Positions 11,358 to 19,499 of a stretch of 64,000 bases of DNA are shown here, piece after piece. The notes below the pieces were generated by a model that made no database searches, was not told where the DNA came from, and was given only the letters and a program-made list of their open reading frames with translations. Origin of the DNA: Opitutia bacterium (GTDB lineage: Bacteria > Verrucomicrobiota > Verrucomicrobiia > Opitutales > T3Sed10-336); assembly GCA_050506795.1 (NCBI GenBank), contig JBJHCF010000001.1:60556-124555 (forward strand), written 5' to 3'. Position 1 is the stretch's first letter. Each line of letters opens with the position of its first letter. Both the position numbers and the translations under genes were made by a program.

Positions 11358-11546
11358 TAGGGCGATAAGGGGATAGGCGATAGACGATAGGGGGATAGGC
11401 GATAGACGATAGGGCGATAGACGATAGACGATAGGGCGATAGACGATAGACGATAGGGGGATAGGCGATAGACGATAGGGGGATAGGCGATAGACGATAG
11501 GGGGATAGGCGATAGACGATAGGGCGATAGACGATAGGCGATAGAA
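11358..11546. repeat. tandem array of 25 GATA-initiated 7-8 nt units (GATAGGGG/GATAGGC/GATAGAC; 22-nt higher-order unit)
   Basis: Read directly. It begins at the first base after the hypE stop. Units parsed by hand sum to 189 nt. Confidence 0.95.
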
Positions 11547-11612
11547 TCACCGGCAACCAATGTCTCTTCTTACCTTTCCACCCAGCTGCTCCAGATACGT
11601 CCTTTGTCCACT

Positions 11613-11654
11613 AATATCGTCTATCGCCTATCCCCCTATCGCCTATCGCCTATC
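11613..11654. repeat. inverted partner of the GATAG array (CTATCGCCTATCCCCCTATCGCCTATCGCCTATC)
   Basis: Reverse complement of the same words, 66 nt after the forward array. Overlaps the last codons and stop of the four-helix-bundle gene. Confidence 0.9.
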
Positions 11655-12178
11655 TCTTTCTTTCTTGCTTCACGGGCTTCTTTCGACTCGTAGAGGGGAT
11701 GATCCGGCGTGAGGGTGATGAGGAATTGGTGCCGCAGGTTGTCGGCGGCCGAGCGCGCCTGGCGTAGTTTTCTTTCCTGGCTTGTCAGGTGGCGTTTGCC
11801 CTGTACCGGGCCGCTTTCAATTTGAGCCGCCCAGGCGGCGAGTTGACGAACGCAGGAATCCGCGGTGTCGTGGATTGTTTTCAGTCGGTCCTTCGCGGGA
11901 AGCAAGCCATGCCGGTCTTTTACCACCAGAACCATGGACCTGACTTCTCCAGCGGATCCACGCGCGTACCCAAGGAAGGTGAGAAGTTCGTTCGTGGTCA
12001 CCCGGTCGAACCCTTCAGCGATATTGTTGGAAACCGAAAGCGCGGCCCGGTCGAGCTGCCCGCGAAAGCCCGTTGTGAAGAGTCGGCTGTGAGCTTCAAA
12101 AAGGTCGAGCACTTGATTGTAGAGTCGAGAGCCCGTTTTCCAGGCGGGCAGTTCGTGAAAATGGCGATATCGGGGCAT
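11636..12178 (-). CDS. four-helix-bundle protein (23S rRNA intervening-sequence protein / Avd-like family)
   Basis: The last 180 aa of track ORF 11636..13192 match the family signature (FHELPAWKTGSRLYNQVLDL, SVSNNIAEGFDR, FLGYARGSAGEV). ATG at 12176-12178. The upstream part of that ORF is antisense to msrBA. Confidence 0.75.
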   Translation of the reverse strand: MPRYRHFHELPAWKTGSRLYNQVLDLFEAHSRLFTTGFRGQLDRAALSVSNNIAEGFDRVTTNELLTFLGYARGSAGEVRSMVLVVKDRHGLLPAKDRLKTIHDTADSCVRQLAAWAAQIESGPVQGKRHLTSQERKLRQARSAADNLRHQFLITLTPDHPLYESKEAREARKKEIGDRR

Positions 12179-12247
12179 TAAATCGGGGGTTCGGGATTGA
12201 TTTCTCCTGGCGGGTTGCTTTTGAAACGAGTCGGGATACGATGGAAC

Positions 12248-13213
12248 ATGCACATTTTCGGGAAAGTCGCGAGGGGATTTGTCCTGAGTCTGCTGTTGAC
12301 CGGGGTGATATTGGCTTTTACGGGGTGTTCTGAGGCTGCCATGAGCGAACAAAAAGACGACGACGGATTCAATCAACTGACGCCCGAGGAAGAATACGTG
12401 ATTCTTCGCAAGGGCACCGAACGGCCTGGCACGGGCCGCTGGCTCGACCATGAGGAAAAGGGCACTTACGTCTGTCGGCGCTGTGACGCGCCCCTTTACG
12501 AATCGAGCTCCAAGTTTGATTCCGGATGCGGCTGGCCGAGTTTCGACGACGAAATCGCGGGTGCGGTGGAACGGCTTCCGGATCCGGACGGACGGCGAAC
12601 CGAGATCGTTTGTGCCAATTGCGGAGGGCATCTGGGTCACGTTTTCCTGGGCGAGGGATTTACCGAAAAGGACACCCGGCATTGTGTGAATTCGATCTCC
12701 ATGGATTTTGTGCCCGCCGGACAATTGGTGCGGAAACAGACGGCGATCTTTGCCTCCGGCTGTTTCTGGGGGACGGAGTACTTTCTGCAGCGCAGCGAGG
12801 GCGTCCTTTCCACCGAATCGGGCTATATCGGCGGTACCACTCCGAATCCCACCTACAAACAGGTTTGCACCGGAGAAACCGGACACGCGGAAGCGGTACG
12901 GGTGGTTTTTGACGCCGACAAAACCGATTACCGCACCCTGGCCAAACTCTTTTTCGAGACCCACGACCCGACCCAGGTCAACCGTCAGGGGCCGGATATC
13001 GGGACTCAATACCGATCCGGCATTTTTTATCTGGATGAAGATCAGAAGGCGATCGCCGAGGAACTCATAGCCGTTTTGCGCGCCAAGGGAATCGACGTGG
13101 CGACGGAGGTCACCGCGGCCTCCACCTTCTGGGTGGCTGAGGACTACCACCAGGATTACTACACCAAAACCGGCGGCACCCCATACTGTCACGCCTACCG
13201 TCCGCTCTTCTAG
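12248..13213 (+). CDS. msrB/msrA: peptide-methionine sulfoxide reductase MsrB-MsrA fusion, predicted lipoprotein
   Basis: Lipobox LAFTGC after a signal peptide. MsrB Zn and catalytic motifs (CRRCDAPLY, CGWPSF, CANCGGHLGHVF). MsrA motif GCFWG. ATG 12248 chosen over the track start at 12197. Confidence 0.88.
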   Translation: MHIFGKVARGFVLSLLLTGVILAFTGCSEAAMSEQKDDDGFNQLTPEEEYVILRKGTERPGTGRWLDHEEKGTYVCRRCDAPLYESSSKFDSGCGWPSFDDEIAGAVERLPDPDGRRTEIVCANCGGHLGHVFLGEGFTEKDTRHCVNSISMDFVPAGQLVRKQTAIFASGCFWGTEYFLQRSEGVLSTESGYIGGTTPNPTYKQVCTGETGHAEAVRVVFDADKTDYRTLAKLFFETHDPTQVNRQGPDIGTQYRSGIFYLDEDQKAIAEELIAVLRAKGIDVATEVTAASTFWVAEDYHQDYYTKTGGTPYCHAYRPLF

Positions 13214-13227
13214 AATCCCAAAACCTC

Positions 13228-13353
13228 GAAAGTTGTTGTAGTTAAGTCAAGTTTTTCAAATGGATGCGAAAAAAAGTAGCTCACGCTTCCAGCGTGAAAT
13301 TCGCACGCAAGATACGTGCACTACTTTGGGTCTGAGGCTACGCCTCGCTAGTC
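13228..13353. repeat. dispersed ~130-bp intergenic element, copy 1 (AAAGTTGTTGTAGTTAAG ... GGCTACGCCTCGCTAGT)
   Basis: Shares both termini and internal blocks (TCACGCTTC, GCAAGAT-CG) with 39407-39550. Contains hairpins at 13281-13297 and 13303-13319. Confidence 0.5.
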
Positions 13354-13355
13354 TG

Positions 13356-14615
13356 TTATTCTAATTCGCGCACGTACAGATTGGCGAATTCAAATGCGCC
13401 GGGCACGTCGGCCAAACCGAATGCGCCATGATCGGCGGTTCCCTCGGGCAGATCAAAGGCATCGATTTCCCTCGCGGGATCGCCACGGAAAACGGTCACC
13501 CGGTCCCCGCGAATCCGGATGGTGAATCGGTGCCAACTCCCCGGCACGGCATCCAACGAGACCGGTACTCCATCTCCGCTTTCCCCTCGCAGATAGACGA
13601 TCGGCGCGACGAAATTGTCGGAATCGGAGGCGGCGGCCGGACGGCAATCGACGATGAATTCGGCGTCGGAAAAACCGTCGGTCGTCCACAAAGTCCGTCC
13701 CTCGTCCGCGCCTTCGTTCAACCTGAGGCGCCAGTCATCGACCTGCCACCGTCCCGCGGATTGGCGCAGGGCGGCACCGGCGGCCTCATCCTCTCCCGCA
13801 GTGCGCCAGCCCCGCAGATCGGTTCCGGTATAGAGAGTGCGGTGTCCTTGTGCTTTAGGGGCTGTTTTTTCTGGGGGAGCACCGCTTCCCGGCAATTCCA
13901 GGAGCCGCAAATTTCGAAAATCGATCGGCGCTCCCTCCGCCTCCAGGGCGATATAGCCCTTTCGGTAGTTGGCGTCCGTTCCGCCCGAAACCTCCTTGCC
14001 GTTCACGTGCAGGCGTATGACTCCATCAATGCACTCGATCCGGTAATGGTTCCATTCCGGAAAGCCCCTGCTTCGCTCTTCCGACGGAAAACTCCTCATA
14101 CCGTGGCTCGGCGGGAAGGGAGTCATCGTCGAGCCATGGATCGGAAACACATCGCCATGGGTGGTAAACCAGTCGGCCTCTCCGTAACCGTGATCGAGTA
14201 CCTGCGCTTCGATCGAGCGCAGGAAGGGAACGCCGGGAGCCGCCAGTGGTGAAGCCCATAGGAAAATCCCGGAGTTGCCGCCATCGGTGAGGTGCCGCCA
14301 TTCAAGCTCAAGAATGAAGTTCTCGTACTGCCGCTCCGTCCGCAAGGCACTGATTGGTTTTCCGGTGCAATGGAGCATGCCATCCCGCACACTCCAAGTC
14401 TCGGGAGCCGAGTTCACATTCACCCACCCCTCCAGGTCCTCCCCGTTGAACAAGTCCACCCATGCCTCGTCGTCGGAGCCCGAACCGGGTGCATCGAAAC
14501 TGTCCGCGCGAATCGCACCAGCTTGAAACAGAACGGCGCCGGCAAGAAGCGTCACTCCGGCGAACCAGGTCCCGGGTCCATAATAAAAATGGTTTGTATC
14601 GAGGTTGTTTTTCAT
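13356..14615 (-). CDS. DUF1080 (3-keto-disaccharide hydrolase-like) domain protein, secreted
   Basis: Signal peptide. EGWVNVNSAPETWSVRDGMLHC ... NSGIFLWA ... YIALEAEGAPIDFRNLRLLEL. A second DUF1080-like half follows. Confidence 0.8.
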   Translation of the reverse strand: MKNNLDTNHFYYGPGTWFAGVTLLAGAVLFQAGAIRADSFDAPGSGSDDEAWVDLFNGEDLEGWVNVNSAPETWSVRDGMLHCTGKPISALRTERQYENFILELEWRHLTDGGNSGIFLWASPLAAPGVPFLRSIEAQVLDHGYGEADWFTTHGDVFPIHGSTMTPFPPSHGMRSFPSEERSRGFPEWNHYRIECIDGVIRLHVNGKEVSGGTDANYRKGYIALEAEGAPIDFRNLRLLELPGSGAPPEKTAPKAQGHRTLYTGTDLRGWRTAGEDEAAGAALRQSAGRWQVDDWRLRLNEGADEGRTLWTTDGFSDAEFIVDCRPAAASDSDNFVAPIVYLRGESGDGVPVSLDAVPGSWHRFTIRIRGDRVTVFRGDPAREIDAFDLPEGTADHGAFGLADVPGAFEFANLYVRELE

Positions 14616-14799
14616 GTCGGCAGTGGTTGAGCGTTTGGATCCAAGGTGTGTGGCTGAGCGAATTGTACTGTGTTCTGGCTTTTTTCAAAATCAAAAAGTA
14701 CGCTTAAGGTTCCAAGCTTTTGGTGAGGCCTCCGTGAACAACAGTGAGGATCGGTGAAATTGTGTTGCCAATTGCGTCCAATGCGTGGGGAATTCCATC

Positions 14800-16092
14800 A
14801 TGCGTTATGATGCCATCGATCGGGAGTTGTTCGTGCGGAACCGGAATCGCCTGGCCGCTTTGATGCGGCCGGGTACCCTGGCGGTGCTTCATGCAAACGA
14901 CATTTTGCCGACCAATGCCGACGGGACTCTGCCGTTCAAGCAGAACGCCGATTTGCTCTACCTCACCGGCGTCGACCAGGAGGAGACGATCCTGCTGGTC
15001 TTTCCCGACGCGCGGGAACCGGCGGACCGGGAGATTTTGTTTGTTAAGCGAACCAGCGAACTGATCGCCATCTGGGACGGGGAAAAGCTGAGCAAGGAAC
15101 GGGCCACGGAGGTTTCCGGTGTGGCCAGGGTCGAGTGGACCGACGCTTTTGAGGGCATTTTTCAACGGTTGGCTTCGGAGGCGGAGGGATTCTACCTCTC
15201 GACCAACGAACACCCGCGGGCGTCCAACCCGGTGGAAACCCGGAATGACCGTTTTATTAAATCCTGCCGCGAGCGTTACCCGCTCCATCGACTGGAACGG
15301 CTGTCGGTTCTCACCCGGCGTCTTCGGGTGCAGAAGGATCCGGTGGAAGTGGATATGATCCGCAGGGCCTGTGAGATCACCGAGGCCGGATTCCGGCGTG
15401 TGCTCGGTTTTATTCGTCCGGAGGTGGCCGAATGGGAAATCGAAGCCGAATACCTGCACGAGTTTGTGCGTCGGCGTTCGCGGGGGTTTGCCTACTCTCC
15501 CATTATCGGCTCGGGCGGCAACGCCTGTGTTCTGCATTACCTGGAGAACCATTCCGTTTGCCGTGACGGCGAGTTGGTGCTGATGGATGTCGGTGCGGAG
15601 TGGGCGGGTTGGAACAGCGATCTGACCCGTACCGTACCGGTAAACGGCCGTTTTACCGAGCGTCAAAGGGCGGTCTACGACGCCGTCCTTAGGGTGTATC
15701 ATGGCGCCAATAGCCTCCTGAGGCCCGGCTGCACGCCGGTCGAGTATCAGCGTCAGGTGGTCGAGCTGATGGAGGCTGAGTTGATCGGACTGGGTTTGAT
15801 TGGTGTGGATGAAGCCAGGGCGCAGTCCAAGGAAAAAGAGGCGGTCAAAAAGTATTTCATGCACGGAACGTCGCACTCCATCGGTATCGACGTGCACGAT
15901 GTCTGCCCGCCGCACGAACCCTTTGCCCCCGGGATGGTGTTCACGATCGAGCCGGGCATTTACATCCGGGAGGAAAAACTTGGTATCCGCTTGGAAAATA
16001 CCGTGCTGATAGGTGACACCGAAAACATCAATCTGATGGCTTCGATTCCGATCGAAGCCGACGAGATTGAAGATCTGATGAACCGGAAATAA
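14800..16092 (+). CDS. Xaa-Pro aminopeptidase (M24B, aminopeptidase P family)
   Basis: Creatinase/AMP_N N-domain and M24 metal ligands (DVGAEWAGWNSD, HGTSHSIGIDVHD, TIEPGIY). ATG 14800; the track start at 14785 is a GTG. Confidence 0.85.
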   Translation: MRYDAIDRELFVRNRNRLAALMRPGTLAVLHANDILPTNADGTLPFKQNADLLYLTGVDQEETILLVFPDAREPADREILFVKRTSELIAIWDGEKLSKERATEVSGVARVEWTDAFEGIFQRLASEAEGFYLSTNEHPRASNPVETRNDRFIKSCRERYPLHRLERLSVLTRRLRVQKDPVEVDMIRRACEITEAGFRRVLGFIRPEVAEWEIEAEYLHEFVRRRSRGFAYSPIIGSGGNACVLHYLENHSVCRDGELVLMDVGAEWAGWNSDLTRTVPVNGRFTERQRAVYDAVLRVYHGANSLLRPGCTPVEYQRQVVELMEAELIGLGLIGVDEARAQSKEKEAVKKYFMHGTSHSIGIDVHDVCPPHEPFAPGMVFTIEPGIYIREEKLGIRLENTVLIGDTENINLMASIPIEADEIEDLMNRK

Positions 16093-16102
16093 CCCGAACC
16101 GT

Positions 16103-16130
16103 GGCGGCGTGCTTCAGCCGCCGGGGTTTT
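16103..16130 (+). terminator. rho-independent terminator after the aminopeptidase gene
   Basis: GGCGGC-gtgcttca-GCCGCC stem-loop followed by GGGGTTTT. The loop belongs to the TGCTTCAGC hairpin family. Confidence 0.55.
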
Positions 16131-16189
16131 CCGATTCCGTTTAGGCGCTTTTAAGCAATCGCGCGCTCAACCCGAATCTACCGATCGGG

Positions 16190-18613
16190 TCATTCCAGGT
16201 GCCGGTTCAGCCAATCGATGGTTTCCGCAAGCACATGATTGACGGATTCCCGCGCCACGTACCCGTGGCTTTCGTGGGGCAGCATGACCAGTCGAGCGGT
16301 GCCGCCGTTTCCGACGATCGCCTGATACATGCGTTCGCTCTGCATCGGGAAGGTTCCGGAGTTGTTGTCCTCCTGACCGTGTATCAGCAGTATCGGCGCC
16401 CGGATTTGGTTGGCGTGGAAAAAGGGACTCATCTCCAGGTAGGTCTCCCGGGCTTCCCACAGGGATCGCGGTTCGGCCTGGAAACCGAAGGGGGTGAGCG
16501 ACCGGTTGTAGGCGCCCGAGCGGGCCACGCCGGCCCGGAACAGGTCGGAGTGGGCCAGGAGGTTGGCGGCCATGAAGGCGCCGTAGGAGTGGCCCGCGAT
16601 GGCGATGCGGCTCCGCTCCGCCACACCGAGTTCGACAATTTTGTCCACCGCCGCCTCGGCGCTGGCAACCAGTTGTTCGATGTAGGTGTCGTTGGGCTCG
16701 TCGTCGCCAACCCCGATTATCGGCATGGCCGGACCGCTCAGCACCGCATAGCCCTGGGTCAAGAGGAACAGGGGCGAGGTGCCCCCAGGGCGGCTAAAGC
16801 GGTTGGGGGAGTCGCGGACCTGGGCGGCGGCATCGGCGTCGCGGAATTCCCGCGGGTAGGCCCAGAGCACGGTGGGCAGCGGACCGTCATTCTCGGCGTC
16901 GTAGCCGGGTGGAGTGAGCAGCGTTGCGCTCAGCAGGATGCCGTCCGCACGCATGTAAGTAATGATCTGGCTCTGCAGACCCGCCAATTGCGGAGCGGGA
17001 TCCGAAAAATCGGTCAGCGCCCGTTCACCGTAATCGTATCCCTGTTCGATCAAAAAGAAGTTGGGCGGCATTTCCCGGGATTCCCTTCTCGTGATCAGAC
17101 GGGCGGCGTCAGGGTCCGCCAGACTCACCACTTCCTCATAATACGGATCGACCGCCTGCCAGAGCCTTTCGGTGTTCCCGGTGTCGAAGTCGTACCGGTC
17201 CAGAAACGGATAATCGCCCAACGGAGAGGCCCCTTCGCCCCGCAAAAAAATGGCCCCGCCGCCGGAATCGAATTGCAGCACGGTTTGTCCCGCGCGGTCG
17301 GATCGGGTCAGCGGAGATCCGGGATCGCCGTAACGGTCTTCAAAGGAACGGTCCCAGAGAAGCCGTGGCTCCGCATCGGAGTTTTCCGGTTGAATACGGT
17401 AGGTTTTGGTGCGACTGGAGGTTCGCCAGATGGTGTGCACCAGCGCCAGGTCGTCCCGTCCCCAGTCGATGGTCCGGTAACGCTGATCGAGATCGATCAG
17501 CACGCGAGGTTCGCCGTCGAAAGGGGCTTCAAGCAGGAAAACCCTGTCGCGGACCTCCGCTTCGCTCCGCGCGTCGCCCCCGTCCATGGCTTCCGCCCAC
17601 ACCAGGGAGGCGGGGGAGTCGGCTCGCCAGTGGGCGAAACGAGGCCCGGTGTTGACCATGTCGCGGCCGATCGGAGGAAGCGCGATTTCGGTGCGGTCTT
17701 CGAGGACGTGGACCGTGCGGCCCGTTCGATCGATGACCCGGGTCTCCGTCGCGAAGGTGAAAAACGGCGCCAGACGGGTGAACGGAGGTTTTATCTGCCG
17801 AATTAAAATGTATTCGCCGTTCGGTGACACCTGGGTGTCGCGGAAAATTCCCGGTGCCGCGATGGGTCGAATCTCGTTCTCGTCGAGCCGGACTGTGGCG
17901 AGCTGCGAGGTGAAATAGTGTTCGAAAAGCAGTTCATCGTGAGCGTCCTGCAAGAGATCCTGGTAGGTGCGGACGGGACCCGTGGCTTGAGCGCCGTCGA
18001 ATATCACCGGGCCGGCGGGGGCGCTGGGTGGTTCGGGCGGCGAAACGCGCTCGGACGGGACCTGATGAATAAGGAGCGAGGCTCCATCGGGCATCCAGGC
18101 GAACGGAACGCCGAAGGCGGCATTGAGGCGCGGACCGGTGAGCTGGATGGCCTCGGCGGTTGCGGTGTCGGCGTACCAGAGCTCGATGCCATCGGGCCTG
18201 GTCAGGGTGAAGGCGAGGCGGGATCCGTCCGGCGACCAGCGGGGGTAGGAAAGGAGGGCCTCCTCGGGCAAGGTCACGGTCCGTGAATCGCCGCCGTCCA
18301 GGTCATTGAAGGCAAGCCCCAGGAAGAAAAGGCCGCGGCTGGGACCGTTGGTGTTGGGATTGATACGCACCCCCGCCAGCCGCAGTTCCGGCTCGGCGAG
18401 ACGTCCGATCGGCGGCAGCGCCTCCCGTTCCAGCACGGCGAACACGGACCGGTCCGGGCTGAATGATACCGCCGGCGTCGGCGGCGTATCCAGGATGGCC
18501 GGAATCGGGTCCGGCGGCGTCCGGTAGGTTTCAGAGTTCCCGTACAGTGCCGAAGCCGGCAGGAGCAATGCGATGGTAATGAGCCTACGGAATGCGGATT
18601 TAGTGACAAGCAT
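16190..18613 (-). CDS. S9 family serine peptidase (prolyl oligopeptidase/DPP-like), secreted
   Basis: Signal peptide, beta-propeller region, catalytic GHSYGAF, and a C-terminal Asp/His region (HGQEDNN ... ESHGY). Confidence 0.85.
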   Translation of the reverse strand: MLVTKSAFRRLITIALLLPASALYGNSETYRTPPDPIPAILDTPPTPAVSFSPDRSVFAVLEREALPPIGRLAEPELRLAGVRINPNTNGPSRGLFFLGLAFNDLDGGDSRTVTLPEEALLSYPRWSPDGSRLAFTLTRPDGIELWYADTATAEAIQLTGPRLNAAFGVPFAWMPDGASLLIHQVPSERVSPPEPPSAPAGPVIFDGAQATGPVRTYQDLLQDAHDELLFEHYFTSQLATVRLDENEIRPIAAPGIFRDTQVSPNGEYILIRQIKPPFTRLAPFFTFATETRVIDRTGRTVHVLEDRTEIALPPIGRDMVNTGPRFAHWRADSPASLVWAEAMDGGDARSEAEVRDRVFLLEAPFDGEPRVLIDLDQRYRTIDWGRDDLALVHTIWRTSSRTKTYRIQPENSDAEPRLLWDRSFEDRYGDPGSPLTRSDRAGQTVLQFDSGGGAIFLRGEGASPLGDYPFLDRYDFDTGNTERLWQAVDPYYEEVVSLADPDAARLITRRESREMPPNFFLIEQGYDYGERALTDFSDPAPQLAGLQSQIITYMRADGILLSATLLTPPGYDAENDGPLPTVLWAYPREFRDADAAAQVRDSPNRFSRPGGTSPLFLLTQGYAVLSGPAMPIIGVGDDEPNDTYIEQLVASAEAAVDKIVELGVAERSRIAIAGHSYGAFMAANLLAHSDLFRAGVARSGAYNRSLTPFGFQAEPRSLWEARETYLEMSPFFHANQIRAPILLIHGQEDNNSGTFPMQSERMYQAIVGNGGTARLVMLPHESHGYVARESVNHVLAETIDWLNRHLE

Positions 18614-18800
18614 GGGGGATTAAGGCTGCTGGTTGTTATTGGTCGGTTGGTGGATTCGTAACCCAGGATGAGTAATCACGAAGGCCACCGCAAAGGCAAA
18701 GAAGCGCGGATTGGAGGAAAGTCAATGAATCCTGCCTCGTCTGAATGGCACTCATATAAGGCGTTTCATCGTTTGATGAAGCAAAAAATACCGCGGAATT

Positions 18801-18875
18801 GGGCTCACACGGAGCCACGGAGCTCACGGAGGTGGGTCCTGTAAAAATCTCCGTGACTTTGTGGCTCCGAGTGAG
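18801..18875. repeat. CACGGAG-word imperfect inverted repeat
   Basis: CTCACACGGAGCCACGGAGCTCACGGAG ... CTCCGTGACTTTGTGGCTCCGAGTGAG with a 17-nt loop. The left arm is homologous to 49115-49150. Confidence 0.6.
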
Positions 18876-18900
18876 AATCTTCACAGTTCAGCAATGCTTT

Positions 18901-18918
18901 AAAACCGGGCGCGGTTTT
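18901..18918. terminator. possible bidirectional terminator hairpin
   Basis: AAAACCG-ggcg-CGGTTTT. Lies about 160 nt downstream of the minus-strand gene ending at 19080. Confidence 0.3.
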
Positions 18919-19079
18919 GGGTGAACTCGCCAAAGCAGGACTACGCTGCTTCGATTAACGGCCTTAATCAAGTGCCATCCTGCCTAGTCTCCCGGCGGTC
19001 CTGTGGCGACCCGGCCGAAGTATGCCCTCCAGCGGCATCCAGCGGCACGAAATCAGGAACGGGCGCAGCCGATAGCCGT

Positions 19080-19499
19080 TCACCGAAACCAGTTTTGGAT
19101 TTTCTGCAGCAGGCGGCCGGAAGGGTCCTGGATGGTGTTGAGTTTCAGTTCCGCGCGTCCCGGGGCGATGGTGAGTTCCCGGCGCGCGGAATGGCGGCCC
19201 GGTTTCAGATTGGCTTCGAGTGCCCAGTGAATGGACAGGTTATCCGCCTGCAGGGAATACGGCGCCCTCGGCAGACGAATTTCAAAGTGGCGTTCGCCTT
19301 GCGCTGGAAGCGACTCCCATTGCAGGGTTTCCACCACCCGGCTGTCCTGTTCGCCTATTCCGAGGGTGTACCACAGCAGGTGGAGTTCGATTTTGGCCAC
19401 CGGTTTGGCCAAGTTCCAATTGACCGTGCCCAGCAGATCCTGCCCCGGTTCGTAGGCGGGGGTGCTTTCGGGGAATTCAATTTGCAGCGGTTCGTTCAT
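19080..19499 (-). CDS. small arrestin/Spo0M-like beta-sandwich protein (hypothetical)
   Basis: 139 aa from MNEPLQIEF. ATGA overlap with the upstream gene at 19496-19499. Motif PYSLQADNLSIHWALEA parallels PHSFEASKNRIRYTLHI in the C-terminal half of the upstream protein. Confidence 0.5.
   Translation of the reverse strand: MNEPLQIEFPESTPAYEPGQDLLGTVNWNLAKPVAKIELHLLWYTLGIGEQDSRVVETLQWESLPAQGERHFEIRLPRAPYSLQADNLSIHWALEANLKPGRHSARRELTIAPGRAELKLNTIQDPSGRLLQKIQNWFR

Noticed and set aside
11132-11560. Track ORFs 11132..11560 and 11326..11556 (minus) encoding YRLSP/IVYRP repeat peptides
   Set aside because: These are pure translations of the GATAG array on the antisense strand. They overlap the 3' end of hypE and show no independent coding evidence.
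11358-11654. Possible CRISPR array (regular short repeats)
   Set aside because: The units are 7-8 nt and contiguous with no unique spacers. No cas genes are nearby. It is a simple tandem array plus an inverted copy.
11636-13192. The full 518-aa minus-strand ORF
   Set aside because: Only the last 180 aa carry a family signature (four-helix bundle). The rest is antisense to the well-supported msrB-msrA gene.
18636-18884. 82-aa minus-strand ORF
   Set aside because: It is encoded across the CACGGAG inverted repeat, with no signal of a real protein.
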